A stretch of DNA of 64,000 nucleotides from Myxococcota bacterium (GCA_041687695.1 JAWLBL010000009.1:107634-171633); one strand, 5' to 3'; positions 42,651 to 52,099 are shown, numbered from the stretch's first letter. Numbers and translations: made by a program. The notes: generated from the sequence alone by a model not told the origin.

Positions 42651-42657
42651 CCGCAGC

Positions 42658-42933
42658 ATGGGAAACACGACGAAGACCCTCCTCGAGATCATCGAGGAGC
42701 GGGGACGAAAGCGCGTGGCGTCCGATCTCGGCGTCGACGAGAGCTACATCTCGCACCTCCGGCATGGTCGAAAGCCGATCACGGCGGCGCTCCTGGCCAA
42801 GGCTGAGGCCGCTTATGGTCAGGAATTGGACCTCCGGGAGACCCTCCGCCAGATGCGGGTCGAGGACTACGAGAAGGGTCTCCGTCTCAAGCCGGGGAGC
42901 CCCGGGGAGGTGTGCGATGCCGCCCAACCGTAG
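42658..42933 (+). CDS. Cro-like HTH regulator
   Basis: RVASDLGVDESYISHLRHGRKPI HTH; position divergent from the repressor. Confidence 0.8.
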   Translation: MGNTTKTLLEIIEERGRKRVASDLGVDESYISHLRHGRKPITAALLAKAEAAYGQELDLRETLRQMRVEDYEKGLRLKPGSPGEVCDAAQP

Positions 42934-43465
42934 CGCCTCGGCTGGCCGCGGCCGTAACAGGGGGCCGGATCCGACGCTGTCAGTGAAGCCGCGCTTCGTC
43001 GAAGCGGTGCTGCGGCGCCTGGTCGACGGGGCCACTGGCATCACCCACGACAGCCTCGAGGCGGCCCTCGGCCTCACACCCGGCTGCGGCCAGGTCTCGC
43101 GCATGCTCCGGCCGGCGAACAGCGTCACCGGCCGCGAGTACCGCGTCGCCGCCAGCGACCTGGTCGTGTGGTGCACCGAGCTGGACACCATCGAGCCGCT
43201 CGACGCCATCGCCCAGCGCGTGGGCGCCCGGGTCATCCGAGACGACATCGAGCCGGCGGCGAACGTGGCCGAGGGCGTCATGACCTCCATGACCGAGGTC
43301 GCCGACGTCGTCCGCGAGTTCCAGGCCTCGATGGTCGACGAGCGGCTCGACGCGGCCGAGCGGCGCCGGCTCATCGCCGAGGCCGACGAGGCCATCGAGG
43401 CCCTCACCGCCCTGCGCGCTGCGCTCGTCGCCGAGACGACCCCGGCGAGGGGGCGCGGCCGATGA
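42917..43465 (+). CDS. CII-like phage regulatory protein
   Basis: LDAIAQRVGARVI...EVADVVREF..SMVDERLDAAERRRL..EADEAI pattern; position after cro. Confidence 0.65.
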   Translation: MPPNRSASAGRGRNRGPDPTLSVKPRFVEAVLRRLVDGATGITHDSLEAALGLTPGCGQVSRMLRPANSVTGREYRVAASDLVVWCTELDTIEPLDAIAQRVGARVIRDDIEPAANVAEGVMTSMTEVADVVREFQASMVDERLDAAERRRLIAEADEAIEALTALRAALVAETTPARGRGR

Positions 43466-43668
43466 CCCTCGAGCAGCTCGTCGAGCGATCCGGCATCATC
43501 GGCCGGTCCGGAAGGCCGGTGTCTGCGCGCTGCCTCATCATGGCGGGGAAGGTCCGCCTGGCCGGTCGCGTGTCGACCGATCCGGAGCAGCTGGTCGAAC
43601 CCGGCGTAGCATGCCTCCAGCTCGACTGGACCTTCACGATGGTGCTGAACGTCCCGGGGGACGCATGA
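43462..43668 (+). CDS. small S4-like RNA-binding domain protein
   Basis: LEQLV..SG....SARCLIMAGKVRLAGRV.TDP...V.PG; ATGA overlaps at both ends. Confidence 0.55.
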   Translation: MTLEQLVERSGIIGRSGRPVSARCLIMAGKVRLAGRVSTDPEQLVEPGVACLQLDWTFTMVLNVPGDA

Positions 43669-46454
43669 GCTTGCTCGAGGCGGCCCTCGCCTACGCCAAG
43701 AAGGGCTGGCGCGTGTTCCCGGTGACGGAGCGCGAGAAGACGCCACACCGATGCCTCGGGAAGGCTGGCTGGACCGTCGCGACGACGAACGAGGCGCAGA
43801 TCGCCACCTGGTGGACGAAGCACCCCGACGCGAACGTCGGCCTCGTCACCGGCGGCAAGCTGGGCGTCGTCCTCGACATCGACCGACGCGAGGCCCTCGG
43901 CGAGCTGGGGCAGTTGCCCCGGACGCGCGCGGCGCGGACCGGCAGCGGCGGCCTGCACCTGTTCTACCGCCTCAAGCCCGGCGTCCAGGTCGGCAACGCC
44001 CGCGGCGCCCTGCCCAAGGGCATCGACGTGCGCGGCGAGGGGTCGGGCTACATCGTGGCGCCGCCGTCCATCCATCCCTCGGGCGGGCGATACGAGTGGG
44101 CGGTCGAGGTCGACGAGCCGGCCTTCCTCCCCGAGCGCATCCTGCAGCTCATCCGGAGCGAGGAGCCCGCCCAGGCGGCGATGCCGCTCGACGGGCCCAG
44201 CCGGGCGCCCGAGCCGACGGCGCTCGAGCGCGCGCGCAAGTGGCTCGCTACACGCGACCCGGCCATTGCAGGTCAGGGCGGCCACAACGTCACGTTGCGC
44301 ACCGCCGTCGGCCTAGTCCGCGGCTTCATGCTCGACGAGGGCGTCGCCCTCGAGCTGCTGGTCAGCGAGTACAACCCGCGGTGTCAGCCGGCGTGGAGCC
44401 GCAAGGAGCTCGCCCACAAGGTGCGGGAGGCGGCCAAGCGGGGCGACATGGTCCCGGGCGAGCTGCTCCATGCCGAGCGGCGGCCGTCGCCCTCGACACC
44501 GGCGGGCCCGCCCCCGCGGTCCGCGGCGCCCCCGCAGCAGCCCGCGGCGACCTCGGCCGAGCCGCCCAAGAAGGAGTGGAAGAAGTCCGACCTGTTCTCG
44601 GGCTTCGGCACCGACGCCGAGCTCGTGCCCGTCGGCGCCGGCGTGAAGGACGCGCCCGACCCCGAGGCCCTCGTCCCCTACGGCTACTACATCGGCTCCA
44701 AGGAGACCGGCAGCTGGTGGCTGTCGACGAAGCGCCAGGACGAGGACGACCCGCTCAAGCACCGCACGATGATGCACGCGCCCCTGGTCATCGGCGGCCG
44801 CATGGTCGACATCGACACCGGCAGCCAGCTCCTGTCGCTGCACTGGCGGCTGCCGAACGGCTGGCGGCAGCGCGTCGTCCCGCGCTCCGAGACGGCGAAC
44901 GCGAACAAGCTGCTCGGCCTGGCGGACTTCGGCCTCCCGGTCAACACGCACAACAGCAAGGACCTGTCGAAGTACCTCGGCGAGTACGAGGCGCAGAACT
45001 ACCTGCGCATCCCCGAGGCCCAGGTCGCCACGACGATGGGATGGCAGGGAGACCAGGGGAGCAAGGGCTTCCTGTGGGGCACGACCCACTTCGCGCGGGA
45101 CGGGCGGGCCACCGAGTGCGACCTCGAGACGACGTCGCCGAGCCAGTGGACCCGGGACACCGTCAGCTTCCGCAACCTCGCCGAGGGCGACCGGCAGTTC
45201 GTCTCGGCGATGAGGCGCCGCGGGAGCCTGGACGGCTGGCTCGAGGCGGTGGGGCCGCTGCAGTCCCATCCGCGCGCAGCCCTGTGCCTGTACGCGGCCT
45301 TCACCAGCGTGCTGCTCGAGGTCCTCGGCGCCCCGAACTTCATCCTCGACTGGGCCAACAGGACCAGGACAGGCAAGTCGACCGTGCTCCGCGTCGCTGC
45401 CAGCGTCTGGGGCGACCCCGACGACCGCGCGGCGACGTCGTACATGAAGAGCTGGGACTCCTCGCTCGTGAGCATCGAGCGCACCCTGGAGATGCTTCAC
45501 AGCCTGCCGCTGATCCTCGACGACACCGCGCGCGTCACGAGGCCTGAGGGCATCGCGAACGTGCTGTACATGGCCGCCCAGGGCCAGGGCCGAGGCCGAG
45601 GCAACATCCAGCGGACCGAGCGCACCAGGTCGTGGCGCACGGTCGTCCTGTCGAGCGGCGAGCAGCCGGCCGTGAGCTTCAGCCAGCACGGTGGAACGCG
45701 CTCACGTTGCCTCGAGGTCGAGGGGCCGCCCTTCGGGGGCGACGAGGCGCACCACGCGGTCCTGGTCGAGCGCATCACCCAGGGGCTGCTCGAGCACCAC
45801 GGCCACGCGGGCCCGCTCTTCGTGGCGTGGCTCCTCGAGCACCGGAAGGCCTGGCCGCAGATGCGTGCCGACTACCAGGACCTGACCCGGCAGTACGTAG
45901 CCGACGCCGACGGCGGGCCCGCCTCGGCCATCGCATCCATCCGAGCGGCGCTGTCGATGACGCACCGCTGTGTGAACCTGGCGCTCGGCCTCGATTGGCA
46001 GGACCCAGTCGCCATCATCTGGGACGACCTGGCCGCAGACATCGGCGACGCCGCCGGCGAGGAGCGCGCCCTCGAGGACATCGTCTCCTGGCTGTACGCC
46101 AACGAGGCGGCATTCATCGGGCGCCGCGACCGCGGCTCTCAGGATCCGCCTGCAGGTTGGCTGGGCTACTGGCCTCGGGTCGCCGACTGGCAGTACGTGG
46201 CCATCTACCGACGGCCGCTCGACGAGTACCTGCGCAAGTGTGGCTACCAGCCCGAGGCCATCCTCAAGGCCTGGAAGCAGAAGGGATGGCTCATCACCGA
46301 CGGGGACAAGCCGAGCCGCCTCACGAAGGACACCAGGGTGCCGGACAAGGGCAAGAGCCGGATGGTCTGCCTGCCCCGCAGGCTCTTCGACGTCTCCCCC
46401 GAGTCGCCACAGCCACAAAGGCCTGGGGAGACACAGAGAGCGCTGTATGTTTGA
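43665..46454 (+). CDS. bifunctional primase/polymerase fused to DUF927 helicase-like domain (replicase)
   Basis: ALAYAKKGWRVFP, NVGLVTG..VVLDID, TGSGGLHLFY, YIVAPPSIH; C-terminal TRTGKST, LPLILDD, LSSGE, HHGHAG. Confidence 0.9.
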   Translation: MSLLEAALAYAKKGWRVFPVTEREKTPHRCLGKAGWTVATTNEAQIATWWTKHPDANVGLVTGGKLGVVLDIDRREALGELGQLPRTRAARTGSGGLHLFYRLKPGVQVGNARGALPKGIDVRGEGSGYIVAPPSIHPSGGRYEWAVEVDEPAFLPERILQLIRSEEPAQAAMPLDGPSRAPEPTALERARKWLATRDPAIAGQGGHNVTLRTAVGLVRGFMLDEGVALELLVSEYNPRCQPAWSRKELAHKVREAAKRGDMVPGELLHAERRPSPSTPAGPPPRSAAPPQQPAATSAEPPKKEWKKSDLFSGFGTDAELVPVGAGVKDAPDPEALVPYGYYIGSKETGSWWLSTKRQDEDDPLKHRTMMHAPLVIGGRMVDIDTGSQLLSLHWRLPNGWRQRVVPRSETANANKLLGLADFGLPVNTHNSKDLSKYLGEYEAQNYLRIPEAQVATTMGWQGDQGSKGFLWGTTHFARDGRATECDLETTSPSQWTRDTVSFRNLAEGDRQFVSAMRRRGSLDGWLEAVGPLQSHPRAALCLYAAFTSVLLEVLGAPNFILDWANRTRTGKSTVLRVAASVWGDPDDRAATSYMKSWDSSLVSIERTLEMLHSLPLILDDTARVTRPEGIANVLYMAAQGQGRGRGNIQRTERTRSWRTVVLSSGEQPAVSFSQHGGTRSRCLEVEGPPFGGDEAHHAVLVERITQGLLEHHGHAGPLFVAWLLEHRKAWPQMRADYQDLTRQYVADADGGPASAIASIRAALSMTHRCVNLALGLDWQDPVAIIWDDLAADIGDAAGEERALEDIVSWLYANEAAFIGRRDRGSQDPPAGWLGYWPRVADWQYVAIYRRPLDEYLRKCGYQPEAILKAWKQKGWLITDGDKPSRLTKDTRVPDKGKSRMVCLPRRLFDVSPESPQPQRPGETQRALYV

Positions 46455-46466
46455 GCACTTACACGC

Positions 46467-46614
46467 ACTGTCTCCACTGTCTCCACTGTCTCCACTCGAC
46501 AGGTGTGCTCGCGCGGGTGCGCGTGTGCGCGGACGCCGTTGGCCCATGGGCGGCCGGCGCGAATCCGCCCCTGTATGTATTTCTAGTGGAGACAGTGGAG
46601 ACAGTGGAGACAGT
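46467..46614. repeat. iteron-containing inverted repeat, probable phage replication origin
   Basis: Perfect 30-bp inverted repeat (46467-46496 / 46585-46614), each arm about 3.3 copies of CACTGTCTC. Confidence 0.75.
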
Positions 46615-46700
46615 CTAGTTATGGGCTCGGAATCTCTGGGTTTTGGGCGTCTCCACGGGTGTCGCCACTCTGTCTCCCCTCATCATCAGGAGCCCGCAAC

Positions 46701-47237
46701 ATGAGCGGCAGCGTCAACAAGGTCATCATCGTCGGCAACCTGGGCGCCGACCCTGAGGTTAGGACCACCCAGGGAGGCCAGAGCGTGGCCAGCCTGAGCA
46801 TCGCCACGAGCGAAAGCTACCAGGACCGCGACGGCAACCGTCAGGAGCGTACGGAGTGGCACCGCGTGGTGCTGTGGGGGCGCCTGGCCGAGCTGGCGCA
46901 GCAGTACCTGTCGAAGGGCCGCAAGGTCTACGTCGAGGGGCGCCTGCAGACCCGGTCCTGGGACGATCCTCAGTCGGGCGAGAAGAAGTACTCGACCGAG
47001 GTCGTTGCCCGCGAACTCGTGTTCCTGGACAGCGCCGGGGGCTCCGGTGAAGGCAGCAGCCCTCGAGGCGCTCAGCAGCGCCAGGGAGGCCAGGGCAGGC
47101 AGGCGGGACAGGGGCGGGCCAATGGGCAGGGCTCTCGTGGCCAGGGACGGCCTCAGCAGCGCCCGTATCAGCCCCTCTCGCAGCCTGCGGACGTCGGCGA
47201 CGATGAGGGCCTCGGCGACGACGACATCCCGTTCTGA
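46701..47237 (+). CDS. ssb: single-stranded DNA-binding protein
   Basis: [35 protein letters not shown]-terminal DDDIPF. Confidence 0.97.
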   Translation: MSGSVNKVIIVGNLGADPEVRTTQGGQSVASLSIATSESYQDRDGNRQERTEWHRVVLWGRLAELAQQYLSKGRKVYVEGRLQTRSWDDPQSGEKKYSTEVVARELVFLDSAGGSGEGSSPRGAQQRQGGQGRQAGQGRANGQGSRGQGRPQQRPYQPLSQPADVGDDEGLGDDDIPF

Positions 47238-47252
47238 GGCAGGAGAGGTCAC

Positions 47253-47594
47253 GTGGCATCGAGGGCGCAGACCAGGAGGGCAGTCGAACACGCGGACAGC
47301 GTGGCGGCCGGCTCTCGCCCTCAGACCAGGGCGGACTGCCAGGATGGGCCTCGGCCCTGCCCGTGGACTACCTGCCGCTTCCATCTGGGGCGCAACGCGC
47401 CAGCGCCGACGGACTCCGATGTGCCCGAGACGTGCGCCTTGGACGTGGCGGAGCGTGGCCCGCTCCGGACCGTCGAGATCGCCGAGCTGCTCGGGATGAA
47501 GAAGACCACCGCCTTCGCCGCCCTGGCATCCGCGCTGCGCAAGCTGCGGGCCGCCATGGACGACGACGGCTGCGACGACGAGGATTCGCGATGA
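47253..47594 (+). CDS. Cys/His plus sigma-region-4-like HTH protein, candidate late activator
   Basis: RPQTRADC...RPCPW..C.FHL, ETCALDVAE.G.....EIAELLG......ALRKLR. Confidence 0.7.
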   Translation: MASRAQTRRAVEHADSVAAGSRPQTRADCQDGPRPCPWTTCRFHLGRNAPAPTDSDVPETCALDVAERGPLRTVEIAELLGMKKTTAFAALASALRKLRAAMDDDGCDDEDSR

Positions 47595-47628
47595 TGCAAG
47601 GGCTGTGCCAGCAGGAGCGCCCCTTCCT

Positions 47629-47725
47629 GGGTCCTTCCCCCCCGGGGGGGCCTCGAGCGGGTACCGCGAGACCGCTCGCTGTCACTGGTCACAGGGCCGC
47701 GGGAAAGGTTGTAGGGGTTGTAGGG
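47629..47725 (+). other. candidate cos packaging site (cosQ-cosN-cosB)
   Basis: GGGTCCT (the lambda cosQ sequence), then dyad CGAGCGG-11 nt-CCGCTCG, then tandem GTTGTAGGG x2, just upstream of the small terminase. Confidence 0.6.
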
Positions 47726-47744
47726 TGAGGTCGGGGAGGCCGTA

Positions 47745-48290
47745 GTGCCGGGTGGCAAACAGCTTGGCATTTCCCGCGCCGAGTACGCGCGACGCTGCGA
47801 GGTCAGCCGCGAGACCGTGCGGAAGTGGGAGCGCTCGGGCTACCTGGTCGTCAACCACGACGGAAGCATCAACCCGGACGCCAGCGACGAGCGGCGCGCC
47901 CGCATGGTGCGGCCGAAGTCCGACCGGCCAGGTCCACGGGCAGCCGCGGGCCCGCGCTCCCGGGCGGAGACGTCGGCCGACGACGCCGGAGACGTCCCGG
48001 ACATCAACGCATCCCGGGCGCGGCTCTTCGCCGCGGAGGCGGCGCTGAAGGAGTTGAAGCTCGAGCAGGAGCGCAAGCGCCTCGGCGACCTGGAGCAGAT
48101 CCGGCGGCATCTGTTCGACCTCGCGGCGATGATCCGCGAGGGCGTGATGAGCATCCCGGCCCGACACGCGGCCGCGCTGTGCGCTGTCGAGACGGAGCAC
48201 GAGATGCGTCGCCGCCTCGAGCTGGCGTGCGCCGAGGCCCTGCGCGACCTGGATGCGCGGGTCCAGGCGTTCGCGACGGCGGAGGCGTGA
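47745..48290 (+). CDS. terminase small subunit (Nu1-like)
   Basis: N-terminal winged HTH ISRAEYARRCEVSRETVRKW, coiled coil, IP...AA.L; precedes the large subunit. Confidence 0.8.
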   Translation: MPGGKQLGISRAEYARRCEVSRETVRKWERSGYLVVNHDGSINPDASDERRARMVRPKSDRPGPRAAAGPRSRAETSADDAGDVPDINASRARLFAAEAALKELKLEQERKRLGDLEQIRRHLFDLAAMIREGVMSIPARHAAALCAVETEHEMRRRLELACAEALRDLDARVQAFATAEA

Positions 48291-50254
48291 CCTTGGTCCG
48301 GGAGCGCATGGTCTTCCTGTCGCTCGCGGCCGGCCTGCGGCCTCGGGACGACCTTACGGTCAGCGAGTGGGCTGACCGGCATCGGGTGCTGACATCGACC
48401 GAGTCGGCCGAACGCGGCCTGTGGCGGACGAGCAGGACGCCGTATCTGCGAGAGATCATGGACGCGTTGTCACCGCAGGACCCCTGCGAGCGCGTCGTGG
48501 TTCAGGCCGGCACCCAGGTGGGCAAGACCGAGATCGGCCTGAACTGGATCGGCTACACCGTCGCCCACGACCCCGCCCCCATGATCATCATGCAGCCGAC
48601 CGAGCACATGGCGGAGCGGTTCAGCAAGCAGAGGCTGAAGAAGCTCATCGAGGCCTCGCCCGAGGTCTCGGAGCGCATCCCCTCAGCACGCAAGCGGGAC
48701 TCGGGCAACACCATCTTGCTCAAGGAGTTCCCCGGCGGCGTGCTGATCCTGGCCGGCGCCAACAGCGCGGCCGGCGTGCGCTCGATGCCCGCCAAGCGTG
48801 TGTTCGCCGACGAGGTCTCGGTCTACCCGTACGACGTGGACGGCGAGGGCGACGTCGTCGACTTGGCCGCCCGCCGAGCCGGCACGTTCCCTGACCGCAA
48901 GATATACGAGTGCTCGACGCCCACGATCCATGACGAGTGCCGCATCGAGCGGTCGTACCTCGAGGGCGACCAGCGGCAGTACTGGGTGCCCTGCCCCCAC
49001 TGCGGCGAGTTCCAGGTCCTGGTCTTCAAGGGGCTGGTGTGGCCGACGGGGCGTCCGGACCAGGCCGGCTATGTCTGCTGCAAATGCGGGGTCCTGCTCC
49101 AGAACCACGAGAAGGAGCTGATGCTGCCTGCGGGCCAGTGGCGGCCCACCCTGGACGACGATGGGAGGCCGGTCGGAGACGGCAAGACGAAGTCCTACCA
49201 CCTGCCCTCGTTCTACTCGCCTCACGGGCTGGGCTACACCTGGGCTGACATCGCCCGGATCTGGACCAAGACGCACGAGGACCCGGTCACGCGGAAGACC
49301 ACGGTCAACACCCTCTTCGCCGAGACCTGGAAGGATACGAGCGGGGACAAGCCCGAGGGCGGCCCGCTGTTCGCCCGGCGCGAAGACTACGGCCGGCCTG
49401 CCGGTCCGGACGGGCTCCCGCTCGTCCCGGCCGAGGTCGCCCTGCTCACCGCGGCGGTGGACATGCAGCACGACCGCCTCGAGCTGCTCGTCGTGGGCTG
49501 GGGCGCCGGCCGCGAGTCGTGGCACGTGCACCACCAGGTCATCGAGATCGACCCGACCAACCCGCAGGCCTGGACCGAGCTCAGCGCCGCCATCGAAGCC
49601 CAGTACCCCCACGAGACGTTGGGCGCCATCCGCATCCGCGCGGTGTGCCTCGACACGTCGGCCTACACGGACGAGGCCTACAAGTACGTGACCAGCCGAC
49701 TGGGCAAGCGTCCGGTGGTCTGGGCCATCAAGGGCCAGTCGGACGTCGAGAAGCGTCTGCCCATCTGGCCAGCCCCTGGCAGCAAGCGGACCAGGTCGAG
49801 GGCGAAGCTCAAGGGCGCGCAGCTCGTCCGCGTCGGCGTCGACACGGCGAAAGAGGCCATCTACGCCCGGCTCAAGATGGTCCGTGCCGAGGACCACCCG
49901 CGCGGCCTGCCGATGCCGGGCTACATGCACTTCTCGCTGGCCTGCAGCGAGGAGTACTTCGACCAGCTCACGGCCGAGGTCCAGAAGGTCAAGCTCTCGC
50001 GCGGCTACCGGCTGCGCTACTGGGAGCTGCCGTCGGGTGCAGCCAACGAGATACTCGACCTGTGGGGCTACAACCTCGCTGCCCTGGACGGGTTGACCAT
50101 CAGCGCCGGCTACAAGCTGGACCGCGAGGCGCGGAAGCTGCCGCCGATCCCCCAGGGCCCGCCATCGGCCGCGCCGGCGCCCGTAGCGGCTCCGTCGCCG
50201 GCGAAGGCGAAGAAGCGGCGGCCACGGAAGCGCGAGCAGACTTACGAGTGGTGA
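48287..50254 (+). CDS. terminase large subunit, lambda gpA family
   Basis: TVSEWAD, TPYLREIMD, TQVGKTE, FADEV, STPT, VPCPHCG, AAVDMQ, NEILDL. Confidence 0.95.
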   Translation: MTLVRERMVFLSLAAGLRPRDDLTVSEWADRHRVLTSTESAERGLWRTSRTPYLREIMDALSPQDPCERVVVQAGTQVGKTEIGLNWIGYTVAHDPAPMIIMQPTEHMAERFSKQRLKKLIEASPEVSERIPSARKRDSGNTILLKEFPGGVLILAGANSAAGVRSMPAKRVFADEVSVYPYDVDGEGDVVDLAARRAGTFPDRKIYECSTPTIHDECRIERSYLEGDQRQYWVPCPHCGEFQVLVFKGLVWPTGRPDQAGYVCCKCGVLLQNHEKELMLPAGQWRPTLDDDGRPVGDGKTKSYHLPSFYSPHGLGYTWADIARIWTKTHEDPVTRKTTVNTLFAETWKDTSGDKPEGGPLFARREDYGRPAGPDGLPLVPAEVALLTAAVDMQHDRLELLVVGWGAGRESWHVHHQVIEIDPTNPQAWTELSAAIEAQYPHETLGAIRIRAVCLDTSAYTDEAYKYVTSRLGKRPVVWAIKGQSDVEKRLPIWPAPGSKRTRSRAKLKGAQLVRVGVDTAKEAIYARLKMVRAEDHPRGLPMPGYMHFSLACSEEYFDQLTAEVQKVKLSRGYRLRYWELPSGAANEILDLWGYNLAALDGLTISAGYKLDREARKLPPIPQGPPSAAPAPVAAPSPAKAKKRRPRKREQTYEW

Positions 50255-50294
50255 CCCGGAGCGTTTGGCGGAGCTGGGCGATGATGGCCGCATG
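50253..50294 (+). promoter_or_regulatory. candidate phage late promoter, copy 1 (leaderless)
   Basis: 31/42 identical to 52058-52099, both copies ending at an ATG. Confidence 0.6.
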
Positions 50295-50489
50295 GCGACC
50301 TGGACCGACGAACAGATCCAGAACCTGCGCGAGGCCATCGCGGCCGGAGTCCTCTCAGTGCGGCACGGTGACAAGATGCTCACCTACCAGAGCCTGCCTG
50401 AGATGAGGAAGGCGCTCGCCGCGATGGAGGGCCAGCGGGGGCGCCGGCGGCGCCGGTACGCGCTGGTCCAGTTCAGCCGGGGGGAGTGA
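50292..50489 (+). CDS. head-tail joining protein, gpW-like
   Basis: L..AIA.GV.SV..GDK...Y.SL.EM; between terminase and portal. Confidence 0.85.
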   Translation: MATWTDEQIQNLREAIAAGVLSVRHGDKMLTYQSLPEMRKALAAMEGQRGRRRRRYALVQFSRGE

Positions 50490-52051
50490 TGGGCAAGGGC
50501 GCTCGCGGCAACTGGTGGTCTCGCAACATGCCGCCGTGGCTCGGCGGCCGGCGCGGCAAGCGCTCGGGCTACGACGCCGCGAAGAAGGGGCGGCACACCG
50601 CTGACTGGCTCCCGCGCAACAGCTCAGCCAACGCCGAGCTGGCGATGGCCGCACCAACCCTGCGTGCGCGCTCCCGGGATCTCAGGCGCAACAACCCGTA
50701 CGCGGCGTCAGCGCTGACGAAGCTCGCGAGCCGCATCGTCGGGACCGGGATCAGGCCGCGCCCGAAGACCGGCGATCCGACCCTAGACGCGAAGGTCCTG
50801 GCGCTCTGGGACGCGTGGTCAGCCGAGTGTTGCGTCGGAGACGACATCGACTTCTACGGCCTGCAGTACCAGGCCGTCCTCGGCATGCTCGAGTCGGGCG
50901 ACGCCTTCGTGAGGCGCCGCCTGCGGCGACTGGAAGATGACCTGCCGGTGCCCCTGCAGCTCGAGGTCCTCGAGGCCGACCTCCTGGACGAGACGCACGA
51001 CAGCGTCCCGTCGTCGGAGGGCGGGGTCGTCATCCAGGGCGTCGAGTTCGACGCGATCGGGCGGCGCACCGGGTACTGGTTGTTCGACTCGCACCCGGGA
51101 GACACGTACGGCTGGGTCGGCGCCGCCGGGCTGCGAGGCTCGACCACCTCCAGCTTCATCCCGGCCGCTGGTGTGATCCACCTCGCGAACAGCCTCGACA
51201 TGAGGCCGGGGCAGGTCCGGGGCGTGCCGCATCTGTCGGCTGTGGCCCGGCTGTTGCGTGAGATCGACGACTACCGGTTCGCAGAGCGCACCCGTAAGAA
51301 GGCCGAAAGCTGCGTCGTCGGTGCCATCGACGGCGGCGAATGGGCTGACGGGGGCGGCGACGACGACGAGGATGGGTTCAACGCCGCCGTAGACGCGGAC
51401 GGCAACCCCGTTGAGAACCTGCAGCCCGGCCACATCTTCGAGGTTCGCGACGGCAAGCGATTCCAGCTGCATGCTCCCGCGACGGTCGGCGGCTACAACG
51501 AGTACCTCTCGACCGAACTGCACGCGGCGGCCGCCGGCGCCCGCATGACCTATGAGCTCATGACCGGCGACCTGCGCGGCGTGAACTACAGCTCCATGCG
51601 AGGCGGCCGGCTCGACTTCCACGCGTGGATCGAATCGGTGCAGTACCTGGTCGCCATCCCGCGCCTGTGCATGCCGTCCTGGCGGTGGTTCATCGAGACG
51701 TCGGTCACGGCAGGCCTTCTACCCCAGCGCCCCGACGGCTACCCCGTCGACTGGCGTCCGCCCCGACCCGCGCTGCTCGACCCCATCAAAGAGGTCGCAG
51801 CCGCGTCGGCGGCCATCCGCTCGGGTCTGTCGTCGTTGCCGCGCGAGACCGCATCGCTCGGCGAGGACTACGCCGAGACCCTTCGCGAGCAGGCCGAGGC
51901 GCTCGAACTCGCCGACGACCTCGGCCTGATGCTGGACTCGGACCCGAGAAAGACGGCGCTCTCCGGCACGGCGCAGGACTACCTACGCCAGCGAGAGGGG
52001 ATCGCGACGGGCGGCGAAAGCGCTGACGAATCACAGGCTTCGGACGACTGA
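50489..52051 (+). CDS. portal protein, lambda family
   Basis: LRARSRDLRRNNPYA, PLQLEVLEAD, RPGQVRGVP, VNYSSMR, DPIKE. Confidence 0.95.
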   Translation: MGKGARGNWWSRNMPPWLGGRRGKRSGYDAAKKGRHTADWLPRNSSANAELAMAAPTLRARSRDLRRNNPYAASALTKLASRIVGTGIRPRPKTGDPTLDAKVLALWDAWSAECCVGDDIDFYGLQYQAVLGMLESGDAFVRRRLRRLEDDLPVPLQLEVLEADLLDETHDSVPSSEGGVVIQGVEFDAIGRRTGYWLFDSHPGDTYGWVGAAGLRGSTTSSFIPAAGVIHLANSLDMRPGQVRGVPHLSAVARLLREIDDYRFAERTRKKAESCVVGAIDGGEWADGGGDDDEDGFNAAVDADGNPVENLQPGHIFEVRDGKRFQLHAPATVGGYNEYLSTELHAAAAGARMTYELMTGDLRGVNYSSMRGGRLDFHAWIESVQYLVAIPRLCMPSWRWFIETSVTAGLLPQRPDGYPVDWRPPRPALLDPIKEVAAASAAIRSGLSSLPRETASLGEDYAETLREQAEALELADDLGLMLDSDPRKTALSGTAQDYLRQREGIATGGESADESQASDD

Positions 52052-52057
52052 ACGGGC

Positions 52058-52099
52058 GACCCGGAGTGTTTGCGCAAGCCGGCCTATCATGGCGACATG
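52058..52099 (+). promoter_or_regulatory. candidate phage late promoter, copy 2 (leaderless)
   Basis: GACCCGGAGTGTTTG...TATCAT-6 nt-ATG. Confidence 0.6.

Noticed and set aside
46467..46614. CRISPR array or IS/MITE ends
   Set aside because: Units are 9-bp tandem iterons without spacers; no cas or transposase gene and no target duplication
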